Source: Cetorhinus maximus (Eukaryota). Taken from it: DNA of 64,000 bases. Where the stretch lies: NCBI RefSeq assembly GCF_964194155.1, contig NC_135901.1, positions 26,040,001 to 26,104,000 of the forward strand. Direction: 5' to 3'. Below are positions 1-12,352 of this stretch, piece by piece. The first letter of the stretch is position 1. Each line of letters opens with the position of its first letter. Under the pieces are notes generated by a model. It was given only the letters and a program-made list of their open reading frames with translations, was not told where the DNA came from and did not search any database. A program made the translations under genes and the position numbers.

Positions 1-1
1 A

Positions 2-469
2 TTCACAGATCCATCCACCCTGCTGAAGCACCAGAGTGTTCACACTGACGAGAGACCTTTTAAATGCCCAGAGTGTGGGAAGTGCTATAAAAGTTCCCGG
101 GAACTGATGTCCCATCAACGTGTTCACACTGATGAGAAACCTTTTAAATGCCCAGACTGCGGGAAGTGCTATAAAAGTTCCGGGGACCTGATGCGCCATC
201 AACGTGTTCACACTGATGAAAGACCATTCAGGTGCTCTCACTGTGGGACTGGGTTCAGGGGATTAGAACAACTCACTGCACACCAGCGAATTCACACTGG
301 CGAGAGACCGTTCACCTGCGTTATGTGTGGGAAGGGATTTACTCAGTCATCCACCCTGCGGACACACCAGCGTGTTCACACTGGGGAGAGACCGTTCACC
401 TGCCCTGACTGTGGGAAGGGATTCACCACCTCATCCACCCTGCTGAAACATCAGCGAGTTCACAGGTAA
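2..469 (+). CDS. C2H2 zinc-finger gene ZF1, 3' part (5' end lies outside the window)
   Basis: Open frame from base 2 to TAA at 467-469; tandem CxxC-x12-HxxxH fingers with TGERP/TDERP linkers. Confidence 0.85.
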   Translation, partial: FTDPSTLLKHQSVHTDERPFKCPECGKCYKSSRELMSHQRVHTDEKPFKCPDCGKCYKSSGDLMRHQRVHTDERPFRCSHCGTGFRGLEQLTAHQRIHTGERPFTCVMCGKGFTQSSTLRTHQRVHTGERPFTCPDCGKGFTTSSTLLKHQRVHR

Positions 470-654
470 CTATGGTGATGGTATTTTGCTGTTTATCACA
501 TCCTGGACTGAACCATGTTCATTGGCATCTGTTGCTGCTGATATTCATAAACTCCAGCCCAGTCATATGGATTAATTGTATGGATAAAAGTCAAATAAAT
601 CAGCTTTGTGTTAAACATAGCGTGTTGAATCTTTTTAATATCTCAAACATAAGT

Positions 655-2155
655 TAGTTCCTTTTGAAGGGCTCTCCCTCTCCCCTGTCTCCTCCATCCT
701 CACCTCCAACAACAAGTCTGAGGAGCTCATGGAGCATCTTTGTCCCTAAGATTGAGACAATCTGATCAGCTGCCTCTGCTACTTCCCTCCCTTCCACTAG
801 CGCACTGGGCAAAACTGTTTCTGAAGTCCCCCCTTGTCCGAGCCCTGATCTCACATCTTTGTCCAGTTTCGCTCCTATCTTCTATTTCCCTCAGAGCTCA
901 CCTTATCCATGAGACCTGCCTTCTGCTCCCTTGATCCTATTCTCACTAAACTGCTGACCATCCAGCTTCCACGTTTTAGCTGATCGTGTTGGCAGTTCTC
1001 TGTCTCTTCTGGTTCTGTCCCTCACCTTTAAATCCACCGTCATCACCCATCATTACAAAAACAACCTTTGAACTCACCAGCTTTGCAAACTAATGCCCCA
1101 TCTCCAATTCTCCTTTCCTCTCCTTGGGAGTCTCCCCAAGGATCAATCCTTGGCCCTTCCTATTTCTCATCTACATGCTGCCACTAGGTGACATCATCCA
1201 AAAGCACCGTGTTAGTTTTCACATGTACACTGACAAAGGCCAGCTCTACCTCACCACCATCCCTCTTCATTCCTCCACTGTTACTAAATTATCAAACTGC
1301 TTATCCCACACCCAGTACTGGATGAGCAGAAATTTCCTCCAATTAAAAATTGGGAAGACCAGAACCATTGTCTCAGTCACCACTACAAATTCCGTTCCCT
1401 AACTACCGAGTCCATCCCTCTCCCTGGGAACTGTCTGAGGCTGAACCACACTCTTCACAATTGTGGTGTCAGATTTGACCCCAAGATGAGTTTCTGACCA
1501 CATATCTACACCATCACTAACACCAGATATTTCAACCTCCATAACGTCGCCTGTCTCCACCCCACCCCAGCTCATCTGCTGCTGAAACCCTCATCCATGC
1601 CTGTGTTACCTTTAGACTTGGCGATTCCAATACATTCCTGACCAGCCTCTCACATTCACCCCACCCCCACACGGAAATGTGAGATCATCCAAAACTCTGC
1701 TGCCCATGTGCTTTCTCACACCAAGTCCCGTTCACCCTTCACCCCTGTGCTCACTGACCTACATTGGCTCCTGGTCAAGTAATGCCTCGATTTTAAAATT
1801 CACATCCTCATTTTCAAAACCCTCCATGGCCTCATCCCTCCCATCTCTGTAATCTCCAGTTTCACACCCTCTGAGATAATCTGTGCTTCTCATTCTGACC
1901 TCTTTAACATCCCTGATTTTAATTACTCCACGATTGGTGGCAGGGCCTAGGCATGAAGCTTTGAAATTCCCTCCCTAAATTCTCCATCTCTTTCCTGATT
2001 GAAGATTCTTGTTCAAATCTGCCTCTCCAATCAATGTTTTTGCCATCCACCTTAATGTTGCCCTATGTGTCAATATTTTCTTTATGAAACTCCTCTAAAG
2101 CATCTTGGGATGTTTTATTACATTAATTATATTATATAAATACAAGTTGTTACTG
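655..2155 (+). mobile_element. Decayed L2-type LINE (RT fragment and 3' end)
   Basis: ORF 1124-1402 reads LFLIYMLPLGDII..VSFHMYTD..WMSRNFLQLKIGKT, typical of L2 RT; L2-like tail near 2100-2155. Confidence 0.75.
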
Positions 2156-2359
2156 TTTCATATCAACCAGTTTGCGCACAGTAAAATTCCAAAAGCAACA
2201 ATCAGACGAGTACCAATTAATCCAGTTCTTTTGGTGGTGTTAGTTAGAACATGAATGTTGGTCGCACTGCACCAGAAGAACTCCCCAGTGGACAGTATGT
2301 GGAGCTGAAAGCCCTTGTATTCATTTAGAACCTTTCACATCCTCAGAACAGTGTCAAGT

Positions 2360-2832
2360 GGGGCGAGGCAGTGGTGTAGTGTCACTACATTGTCACTGGA
2401 CTAGTAATCCAGGAACCCAGGGTAATGCTCTGGGGATCTGGGTTCAAATCCCACCGAAGCAGATGATGGAATTTAAATTCAATAAAAATCTGGAATTAAA
2501 AGTCCAATGACAACCATGAAACCATTTTCATTGTTGTAAAAACCCGTCTGGTTCATTGATGCCCTTAAGGGAAGGAAATCTGCCATCCTTTCCTGGTCTG
2601 GCCTATGTGTGACTCCAGACCCACAGCAAGGTGGTTGGCTTTTAAACACCCTCTGAAACGGCCCAGCAAACCACTTGGTTGTATAAAAAGCGCTAAAAAC
2701 AAGTCAGCACTGTGCGTGTACCTACACTACATGGACTGCAGCAGTTCAAGAAAGCAGCTCACCACCACCTTCTCAAGGGCAATCAGGGATCACCAGTAAA
2801 TGTGACGCCCACATCCCATGAATGAATAAAAA
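2360..2832 (+). mobile_element. tRNA-derived SINE
   Basis: A-box-like TGGTGTAGTG and B-box GGTTCAAATCC; central block also at 23017-23330 and 56050-56200; tail CCCATGAATGAATAAAA matches the LINE tail at about 3351-3400. Confidence 0.75.
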
Positions 2833-2835
2833 CAT

Positions 2836-3150
2836 GTATCAATAATCAGGGTACTGTTACATCAGTAATGATGATCCTATTACATTAATGATCAGAGTCC
2901 AATTACTTTAATATTCAGGATCCCAACACATTAATAATCAGGATATTATTACATTAATAGTCTGGTACCTATTGCATCAACAATCAGGATCTTATTGTAT
3001 AAATAATCAGCGTCCTATTACATTAATAATCAGGATCTAATTACATTAATTACACAGTTCCCATTGCATTAATAATCAGCTGCCCATTGCTCCAATAATC
3101 AGGAAATTATTGCAATTATCAGGATGTTAATATATTAATAATCAAAATTA
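2836..3150. repeat. Degenerate 23-bp minisatellite (consensus TACATTAATAATCAGGATCCTAT)
   Basis: About 13 diverged tandem units read directly from the sequence. Confidence 0.75.
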
Positions 3151-3154
3151 TTTC

Positions 3155-3350
3155 AATGATAGAAAGGTAGGTGGGAGAGTAAGTTTTGAAGAGGACATAA
3201 GGAGGCCACAAAGGGACACAGATAGGTTAAGTGAATGGGTAAAGATCTGGCAAATGGGGTATAGTGTGGACAAATGTGGCATTGACCATTTTGTCAGGAA
3301 GAATAAAAAAGCATATTATCTAAATGATGAGAGATTGCAGAGCTCTGAGA
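3155..3350 (+). mobile_element. CR1 LINE RT fragment
   Basis: Degenerate LQRDxDRLSEWxxxWQM-like segment. Confidence 0.6.
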
Positions 3351-4460
3351 TTTTATTCATTCATTGATGGGATGTGGGCTTCGCTGGCTGGGCCAGCATT
3401 TATTGCCTATCCCTAGTTGCTCTTGAAAAGGTGGCGGTGAGCTGCCTTCCTGAACCGCTGCAGTCCATGTGGTGTAGGTACATTCACAGTGCTGTCAGGA
3501 AGGGAGTTCCAGAATTTTGACCTATCGACAGTGAAGGAACAGCAATATATTTCCAAGTCATGATGGTGAATGACTTGGAGGGGAACTTCCAGGTGGTGGT
3601 GTTCCCATCAATCTGCTGATCTTGTCCTTCTAGATGATAGTGGTCGTGGGTTTGGAAGGTGCTGTTGACGGAGCCTTGGTGAATTCCTGCTAGTGCATCT
3701 TGTAGATGGTACACACTGCTGCTACTGTGTGTCAGTGGAGGAGGGAGTGAATGTCTGTGGATGTGGTGCCAGTCAAGCGGGCTGCTTTATCCTAGATGGT
3801 GTCAAGCTCCTTGAGTGTTGTGGGAGCTGCACTCATCCAGGCAAGTGTTGGGTATTTCATCACAATCCTGATTTGTGCCTTGTAGATGGTAGACAGGCTT
3901 TGGGAAGTCAGGAGATGAGTTACGCGTCACAGGATTGCTAGCCTCTGACCTAATTTTGTAGCCACAGTATTTATATGGCTAGTCCAGTTCATTTTCTGGT
4001 CAATGGTAACCCCCAGGATGCTGATAGTGGGGGATTCAGTGAAGTTAATGCCATTGAACCTCAAGGGGCGATGGTTTGATGCTCTCTTGTTGGTGATGGT
4101 CATTGCCTGGCATTTGTGTGGCACAAATGTTACGTGCCACTTGTCAACACAAGCCTGGATATTGTCCAGGCCCTGCTGAATTTGGACATGGACTGCTTCA
4201 GTATCTGAGGAGTCGCGAATGATGCTGAACTTTGTGCAATCATCAGTGAACATCCCCACTTCTGACTTTATAATGGAAAGAAGGTCATTGATGAAGCAGC
4301 TGAAGATGGTTGGGCCAAGGACACTACCCTGAGGAACTCCTGCGGTGATGCCCTGGAGCTGAGATGACTGACCTCCAACAACCACAACCATCTTCCTTTC
4401 TGCCAGGTATGACTCCAACCAGTGGAGAGTTTTCCCCCTGATTCCCATTGACTCCAGTTC
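3351..4460 (-). mobile_element. 5'-truncated CR1-group LINE (RT and 3' tail), likely partner of the tRNA-SINE
   Basis: ORF 3927-4517 contains GVPQGSVLGP and MFTDD; 3' tail shared with the SINE. Confidence 0.8.
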
Positions 4461-4746
4461 TACTACAGTTCTGCTTTTGCAGACCATTTTAGTGGAAATG
4501 TGCACTCCCAAACTCAAAGAGCATCAGGCCACTGGAAGCAAAGTCAGTCCAACAGAGCATGAGCCCACTGGAAGAAAAATCAGTCTAGCAGAAAGAAATC
4601 CTTCGACCCTCCCACTTCACCAAGTGTCAAAATGAACATGGCTCAGTTTGGATGAGATTAACAGCAGCAATAATAGCAGAATCCAACCCCTACAATCAAC
4701 CATGAACTTGCTGGTGTGTCTGCAAATTTGATAACTGAGTGAATCC

Positions 4747-5454
4747 CTACCCACACTCAGAGCTGGTGAATGGCCTCTCCCTAATGTGAACTCGCTGGTG
4801 ATTCTGCAGATTGGAGGACAGACTGAATCCCTTCCCACATTCAGAGCAGATGAATGGCCTTTCCCCGGTGTGAACACGCTGGTGTGTCAGCAGGTTGGAT
4901 GATTGAGTGAATCCCTTCCCACATTCAGAACAGTTAAATGGCCTCTCCCCGGTGTGAACACGCTGGTGTGTCAGCAGGTTGGATGACTGAGTGAATCCCT
5001 TCCCACATGCAGAGCAGGTGAATGGCCTCTCCCCAGTGTGAACTCGCTGATGTGTCCGCAGGCTGGATGATTGCGTGAATCCCTTCCCACACTCAAAGCA
5101 GGTGAATGGCCTCTCCTTGGTGTGAACTCCCTGATGTGCCACTAGGTGGGATGACTGAGTAAATCCCTTCCCACATTCAGAGCAGGTGAATGGCCTCTCC
5201 CCAGTGTGAATTCGTTGGTGATTCCACAGGTCAGATGACTGGAGAAAACGCTTCCCGCACACAGAGCAGGTGAATGGCCTCTCCCCGGTGTGACCACATT
5301 GATGAATCTTCAGTGCAGACGGGGTACAGAATCCTTTCCCACACACAGAGCACGTGAACGGCCTCTCCCCAGTGTGAACACGTCGATGGGTTTCCAGTGC
5401 AGACGGGATCCGGAATCCCTTTCCACAATCCCCACATTTCCATGGTTTCTCCAT
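4747..5454 (-). CDS. C2H2 zinc-finger gene ZF2 (8 intact fingers, 9th broken by a stop)
   Basis: 235-aa ORF starting MEKPWKC; acceptor TTTTGCAG|G at 5769/5770; candidate exon-1 donor GTGAGT at 6706-6701. Confidence 0.8.
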   Translation of the reverse strand: MEKPWKCGDCGKGFRIPSALETHRRVHTGERPFTCSVCGKGFCTPSALKIHQCGHTGERPFTCSVCGKRFLQSSDLWNHQRIHTGERPFTCSECGKGFTQSSHLVAHQGVHTKERPFTCFECGKGFTQSSSLRTHQRVHTGERPFTCSACGKGFTQSSNLLTHQRVHTGERPFNCSECGKGFTQSSNLLTHQRVHTGERPFICSECGKGFSLSSNLQNHQRVHIRERPFTSSECG

Positions 5455-6700
5455 GGTGCGGGTTTCCTTATTTCTTTCCAGGTTTGACGATCAGTTGAAG
5501 CCTCATCCACACACAGAACACGTGTACCGTCTCTCCCTGTTATGAATGGTGTGATGCACTGGAATACACTCACTCAGGTCTCTCTGTCTCAGTGATTTTC
5601 CAGTCACACTGATGTTTAAAATCTTTTGGAGCAGACAAAACAGACAAACATTTCTTCTTCTAGATTCAAAGGCCGGTAATATTCAGGTCCCATTGAATCA
5701 GGTGACTGTCAGATTCTTAAGTGACGTTTGGTTTGATAATCTGTCTGCAAATCCGCCCATTCCAATGTCCTGCAAAAGGAGTTTACAAAGGTCATCACTG
5801 TCAGTACAGGATAGAAATTTGGACCAGGCAATTCTAGTTCCTGTGGATCATTCTTTCCACAAAAGCTGTAAATCTCCATCCCACATACTTTCCCTCCATT
5901 CTCACTCTGCCATACCTAATATACACCCTTCCAATTCTCCTGAAGGTGCGAATCCATGCTGGTCGACAGATCCATGCTTACCAGTTCTATATATCTATTG
6001 GAGAAAAACTCATGTAACATAGAATACTGTATTATATGATACATGGGGGATGTGAGGAAGCACTTTATTTAGGAAATGAGTGGTCATGACCTGGAACTCT
6101 CCGCTTAAGAGTGTGGTGGAAGCAGAGGCAATCAATGATTTTAAAATGAAATGGGATGGCACTTGAAGGAAATAAACTTGCAGGGGAATGGGGATATAGC
6201 GGGGGAATGGGACTGACTGACTGAATTGCTTGACAGAGAGTCAGCATTGACTCAAGTTGCCAAATGGATTTCTTCTGTGCTGTAATGACTCTATGACTGG
6301 AAATATACAAAGTAGCTACAGTACTATATCGCAAGACTATAAATAATGACAAATGTACTTTATTACAGAAACATTAATATATCTAATTTTTAGCATATAA
6401 CACTAAATCTGTCCAATATTAATTTACTGTCCCCTTAAATGCCAGCCATCTCCTGGGGAAACCACCCCTTTAATTAGAAACATTAAGAAAGAGGCCATCC
6501 TTTTAGCCAGACAAATAAATGTAGCGAGCTGAGGGAGTAAAGGATGTCACTGCCTTTAAGAGTGAGAGAGACCTGGGCCAACCTTTCCAGAGTCTGCACC
6601 CTCCCTGGATTCACTTCCTTTCCCTTCAGTTCCTGCAAGTCAACAATTTAAACCCATAATGAGAAAAAAAAATGGAAAGGGGGAGAAAATAAAGTGTTTT

Positions 6701-7450
6701 ACTCACAGAAGTGGGACAGAGGAAGAAGTTTTGATGTGTGTGACGCTGAATCTTCATTCAGAGTTTGTTAATCTGCTCATTACAGTTTTGCTGGGCAGTA
6801 ATGAACATGTTCACAAGCTCATTGTCCAACACCCGCATTCAGACAATGGGGGAAGCTCCGTGCAGCCATTAGCACAAAGCCCAATTCAGGTCCACAAGCT
6901 CATCCCATTGGTCAACCCGGTCCGACCACAATGAGGGAGCGTAACCCGTGCCCACGTGGGGCGGGGGTGACTTTGACCTCCAGACGTGCTAAGCTATTGT
7001 CCAATCCGCAGTGTTTTGCTTCTGTAACCAGAGCTATTGCTCCCAATGGGACACTGTGTACTGGGAACGAACCTCTGAGTCATTGTGACGCCCACAATGG
7101 AACACTGGCTGAATCAACCAATAGGAATCACTCTGCTCTGCGGTGACGTCCTCTGCCTGCAGGCCGCGCGGACACGGGAGCCCCGCCCCCACCCCAGCAC
7201 TGCCCCCAGACAAGGTCTTCAGGCAAAAATAAAAATACCTGGAAAAACTCAGCAGGTCCGACAGCATCTACGGAGAGGAACACAGTTAACGTTTCGAGTC
7301 CATATGACTTTTCAACAGAAGGTCTCCAGGCAACCGATGACGGCTCCGGCCAATAGCGAGCGCTGGAATACCGGAAGGACTTTGGTCCTCCACCCAATCA
7401 GAAGATGGGCTTCACACAGACCAAAACTTCCTCCTGTGTCCAGGATATGA
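6701..7450. promoter_or_regulatory. CpG-rich bidirectional promoter with first exons of ZF2 (-) and ZF3 (+)
   Basis: CpG-rich; CCAAT boxes, TGACG motifs and a GC box; exon-1 end motif AAACTTC(C/T)TCCT on both strands; homologous to 16850-17240 and 32657-33030. Confidence 0.65.
7227..7318 (-). mobile_element. Short Penelope-derived insertion with a hammerhead-like motif and ~15-bp TSD
   Basis: Flanked by AAGGTCTTCAGGCAA (7212-7226) and AAGGTCTCCAGGCAA (7319-7333); empty paralogous site at about 32870; matches the end of the Penelope copy at 54724-54880. Confidence 0.75.
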
Positions 7451-7454
7451 AAGT

Positions 7455-8040
7455 TTGTTTGCGTTGAAAAGAAAAAGAGAAACAGGCGGGGTTGAGAGGT
7501 TCAGGTTTTCAGGAGAAAAGGGAATAATTCAGTAACAGAACAGTGAAGCTGTGAGTGGGAGATGGAGAGGAAGGAAGTCTGAGCAGCTGGGAAAAGAAGA
7601 GCAAAAAGGCTGATTGGGGGAATCCAACAGTGAGAGATCCAGAGGCTGTGACTCTTGGGGCTGCCTGTGGAAATGGGCTGTGGGAAGACAGCCCTCTGAA
7701 CGGACTTCAGTCCAACCTCCTGTAGGAGGAAAGGAACTGAATGTATACCTTGGAAATACAGAGAGTTGTGGGACTCTGTAACTGGAATTAGTGTCAAATA
7801 TGCTGAAGGGGGAATTTCTTGTGATTTTGTGGAAGAAGCTTTTATTGTGCAAGCTATTTAAAGTGAAATTTAGCTCTTATTATAAAAACTTTTTTAATGC
7901 ATGCTTCATTTATGCTGATTTTAGTTTGATACAGTAAAAGTTAAAAGTGAAACCTTGCCCTTTGGTTTATTCCGTTGGGGTTGTCTGGGAATTTGTTTCT
8001 TTTTATTTTAAGGTTATCGTTCTCCATGGGGATTGTAACA
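7455..8040 (+). mobile_element. LTR-like insertion in the ZF3 intron
   Basis: Ends in GGGATTGTAACA; absent from the ZF2 and ZF6 introns; same junction in reverse at about 15258. Confidence 0.45.
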
Positions 8041-8623
8041 ACAGAGATGTGTCTAGTGTTGTTATATAGTACATATTAGATGTCATTTATGGTTCTGTAG
8101 TAAAGTTCATTCATTATTATTTCTAGTCTTGCAATACAGTACTGTAGGTATGTTATATATTTCCAGTCATAGAGTTATTCCAGCACAGAGACAATTCAGT
8201 TACTCAGGTCCATGCCAACTCTCTGTAGAGCAATCCAGTCAGTCCCATTCCCCCTCTATATCCAGGTAACACTGCAAGTTTATTTCCTTCAAGTGTCCAT
8301 CCAATTTAATTTTGAAATCATTGATTATCTCCGCTTCCACCACCCTTGTATGGAGTGAGTTCCAGTTCATTTTCAGGGCCCTGTGTCCTGGACAGGAAGC
8401 AGTGAGCATGTATCTGTCAATCAGCATGAACTGGCACCTTCAGGAGAACTTGGAGAGTGTATATGAAGGACAGCAGAGTGGGATTAGAAGGAAAGTGTGT
8501 GGGGTGGAGGTTTACACCTTTTCAGGAATGAAAGAAGAAAAAGTGTTCATATAAACTAGAATTGTCTGTTCTGAGCTTCTATTCTCTAATAACAGTGATG
8601 ACTTGTGTAAACTCCTTTTACAG

Positions 8624-9489
8624 GATATTGGAAGGAGAGGATCTGAAGTCAGAAATCTCAAAACAAGCATCACATTAAGATCTGACAGAGTCACTCAATT
8701 AATTGCAATGTGAATATCATTGGCCTTTGAATCTAGACAGAGACATGTTTGTCTGTTCTGTCTCTTCAAAAGGTTTAAACATCGGTATGACTGGAAAAGC
8801 ACTGAGACACACACACCCGAGTCAGTGTGCTCATGTTAAGCAGCCTGAAAAAACATCACACCATTCACAGTGGTGAGAGACTGTACACGTGTTCTGTGTG
8901 AGGATGAGGCTTCAACTGATCATAAAAACTGGAAGGACAAAAGGCAACCCGCACCAGGGAGAAACTGGATATGTGGGGATTGTGGGAAGGGATTCAAAGC
9001 CCCATCTGAGCTGGAGATTCATCGACGCAGTCACACTGGGGAGAGGCCGTTCACCTGCTCCGTGTGTGGGAAGGGATTCACTAAGTTATTCAATCTGCTG
9101 ATACACCAGAGAGTTCACACTGGGGAGAGGCCATTCATCTGCTCCATGTGTGGGAAGGGATTTGTGGAGTCATCCAGCTTCCGGAGACACCAACGAGCTC
9201 ACATTGGGGAGAGGCCGTTCACCTGCTCTGTGTGTGGGAAGGGATTCAGTGAATCATCCACCCTGCAGAAGCACTGGGCGGTTCACACTGGGGAAAGGTC
9301 ATTTACCTGCTCTGTGTGTGGGAAGGGATTCACTCAGTCAACCAGTCTGCGGACAGACCGACGCGTTCTCACTGGGGAGAGGCCTTTCACCTGCTCCGTG
9401 TGTGGGAAAGGATTCACTGAGTCATCCAACCTGCTGAGTTAGCATGGCAGTCACACCGATTGAGACTTTTTAAATACTCTGACTGTGGG
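8624..9489 (+). pseudogene. Disrupted C2H2 zinc-finger gene ZF3
   Basis: Acceptor TTTTACAG|G at 8623; MEKPW start changed to AGG (8956); about 6 fingers with lost His residues; TAG at 9440; 3' end replaced by an LTR element. Confidence 0.75.
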
Positions 9490-11948
9490 TGTTCATTATA
9501 TCATTTGGGCTTCAGTATATACAGGTGCTGGGCATTGATTGGTTGGTTACATGAGCGCATATGAAGAGGCACTTACTGACATAGAGTGGAGTTAGGAGGT
9601 ATATACCTGTAATGTTTCACTCTGTGAATAAATCTATACCAATAAGATTGGTTCCAGTTTCTTCCTTCACCATAAGGCTGTCAGGACTGAATGACCGGGG
9701 AACAATTAACAGGTGTTTCAGGTCTAACTCACAATATCATTGTGTGATGAACTGCCCAAAGCAGAAAATCAGGGTCTTCAGAGTGACACATGATGCTGAG
9801 AATTCTGAGGCTGAAAATGATAATGATTGCTCTGAATAAATTGTACCAGTTAGAAGGAGCTTTGGCCCAATTATGAGTGGATCCTATTGTAAACCTTCCC
9901 TTGGCAGGTGACTCCATAACAAGGTAGATGCCATGGATCGAAAGGAATGGGACAAAGACAGAAATATTTTCATTCTACACTTTATAGACATGGTAACCGA
10001 TTTAGTCTTTCTCCAATAAGACATCGCAAGGACAAAAGGGTGATTATAGACCAAGTCATGGAGAAATAGATAGGGAGGGTTTAAACTAGATTGGCAGGAG
10101 GATGGGAACCTGAGGGGAAATTCAGAGAGGAGAGGAGAAAAACTGCCAGTGGGAAGTAGAGAAGTAGAAGTAGCTGATGAGGATATATCAGAGAGTAGTA
10201 TCAAGGTAAGTAGAACACTCGGAGAGTCTGATAGAACTAGAGTAGGCTATCATAAGTCATTAAATGGAGTCAGAGCAAGGGGGAAAGTTTAAAAAGCCTA
10301 AGTTAGTATTAATGTGCATGCGTGTGAATGCATGGAGTGTGATTAATAAGATTGGTGAACTAAAGACACAGGCTGACAAATGGAACTATGATATTATTGC
10401 TATAGCTGAGACCTGGCTCAAAGATGGACAGGACTGGGCATTAAATGTTCCTGGGTATAAGGTATTTAGGAGGGACAGGGAAGGAAGAAAGTTGGGGAGG
10501 GCGTGGAGTGGCTGTATTGATTAAAGATGGTATTACAGTACTGGAGAGAGAGGATGTTCCAGAGGGGTCAAGTATGGAATTGTTCTGGCTAGAGGTTGAT
10601 AAGGGCAATGTTGTTGATGTTGTGTATATGGATTTGCAAAAGGCATTTGATACAGTGCCACAGAACAGAGTTGTGAGCAAAATTCTAGCTCATCGAATAA
10701 AAGGGAAAGTAGGAACTTGGATAAGAAATTGGCTGAGTGACAGGAAAGAGAGAGTAGTGATAAATGGTTGTTTTTCAGATTGAAGGAAGGTCTGTAGTGG
10801 AGTTACCCAGGGTTCAGTGTTGGGACCCTTGCTCTTCTTGATACATATTAATGACCTAGACTGTGGTGTGCAGGGCATGATTTCAAAATTTGCGGATGAT
10901 ACGAAGATTGGAAGCATTGTCGACTGTGACGAGGATAGTCTTGAACTTTAAAAGGACATAGACACATTGGTGGACTAGGCAGACAAATAGCAGATGAAGT
11001 TCAATGCAGAGAAGTGGGAGCTGATTCATTTTGGCAGGAAGAATGTGGAGAGACTGTATGAAATAAAGGGAAGTTCTTAAGGAAGTGCAGGAACATAAGG
11101 ACATCAGTGTATATGTACATAACTCATTCAAGGTGGCAGTGCATGTTGAGAGAGCAGTTAATAAAGCATATGATATCCTACGTTTTATTAATAGGGGAAT
11201 TGAGTACAAGAGTAAGGAGGTCATGTTAAACTTGTGTAAGACACTAGTTAGGCCTCATCTGGAGCACAACATCCAGTTCTGGGCACCATACTTGAGGAAG
11301 GATGTGAAGGCATTGGAGAGAGTACAGAGGAGATTCACAAGAATGTTTCCAGGGATAAACGACTGTAGCTATAAGGTAAGATTGGAGAGGTTGGGACTGT
11401 TTTCCTTTGAGAAAAGAAGGCTGAGAAGAGACTTGATAGAGGTATTCAACATCTCGAGAGGTATGGACAGGGTAAATAGTAAGAAACCGTTCCCACTCAA
11501 GAGAACATCAAGAACTAGAGGGCACAGATACAAAATAATTGCCAAAAGGAGAAGTGATGAGAGGAAATTTTTTCACCCAGAGGATGATTTGAGTCTGGAA
11601 CGAACTTCCTGAGAGGGTGGCGGAGGCAGGTTTGATCGAGGTATTCAAAAGGGAATTGGATTGCTACCCAAAAAGAGAGAATGTGCAAGGTTACGGGGAT
11701 AAGGCAGGGGAGTGGGATTAGGTAGAACATTCTTTCAGCGAGCTCATGCAGACTCGATGAGCCGAATGGCCTCATTCTGCATTGTAAAAATTCTGTGACT
11801 AGACCTGGCACACCAGCTAAATTTCTGACTGATAATTGAGGGGAATTTGCGAATGATGAGTTTAGAGATGTGTGAAAACATGAACATTATGTTCATGAAC
11901 ATCGCAGCTGAAAGTCCTTTCAGCAATGGACTCTGTGAAAGGAATCAC
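9490..11948 (+). mobile_element. Ty1/Copia-like LTR retrotransposon remnant (LTR part, gag knuckle, integrase), split by a CR1 insertion
   Basis: Starts TG with an AATAAA-containing LTR-like part; RCFRSNSQYHCVMNCP knuckle (about 9711-9758); integrase PIVNLPLA..AMDRKEW..ILHFIDM (9883-10075) continues as GTPAKFLTDN*GEFANDEF..AAESPFSNGLCERNH (11807-11948). Confidence 0.7.
10075..11797 (+). mobile_element. Internally deleted CR1 LINE (ORF1 end, APE start, RT, 3' end)
   Basis: YDIIAIAETWL (APE); VYMDLQKAFD (RT); LVRPHLE..QFWAPY..LERVQRRFTRM C-terminus. Confidence 0.85.
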
Positions 11949-12352
11949 GAGTGGTTGAGGTGAACAGCATGAATACATTTAAGGCGAAGCTAGGTACATA
12001 CATCATGGAGAAGGAATAGAAGGATATGCTGATGGGGGAGATGAAGAGGAGTGGGCGGAGAATCATGTGGAACATAAATACTGACAAAGACCAGATGAGC
12101 CTGGCCCTGTGCTGTAGACTCAGTGAAACAGAGACAAATGTATATACTTTAGATCTAACTGTAGTGGTAGGAAAAACACTATTTACTATCCAGGATAAAA
12201 TAAATGTCCTCCATCAGCTTTTGCAGGGGAAATGTGCACTCCCAGGCTCAAAGAGAATCGGCCCACTTGAAGCAAAGTTGTGAGACCGGCCAGTCCAGCA
12301 GAAAGAAACTCTCCAACCCTCCCACTTCACCAGCTGTCAGAATGAACATGGA

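Noticed and set aside
2360-2460. tRNA gene (also at 23017-23110)
   Set aside because: The A and B boxes belong to SINE heads; no convincing cloverleaf, and a SINE body follows.
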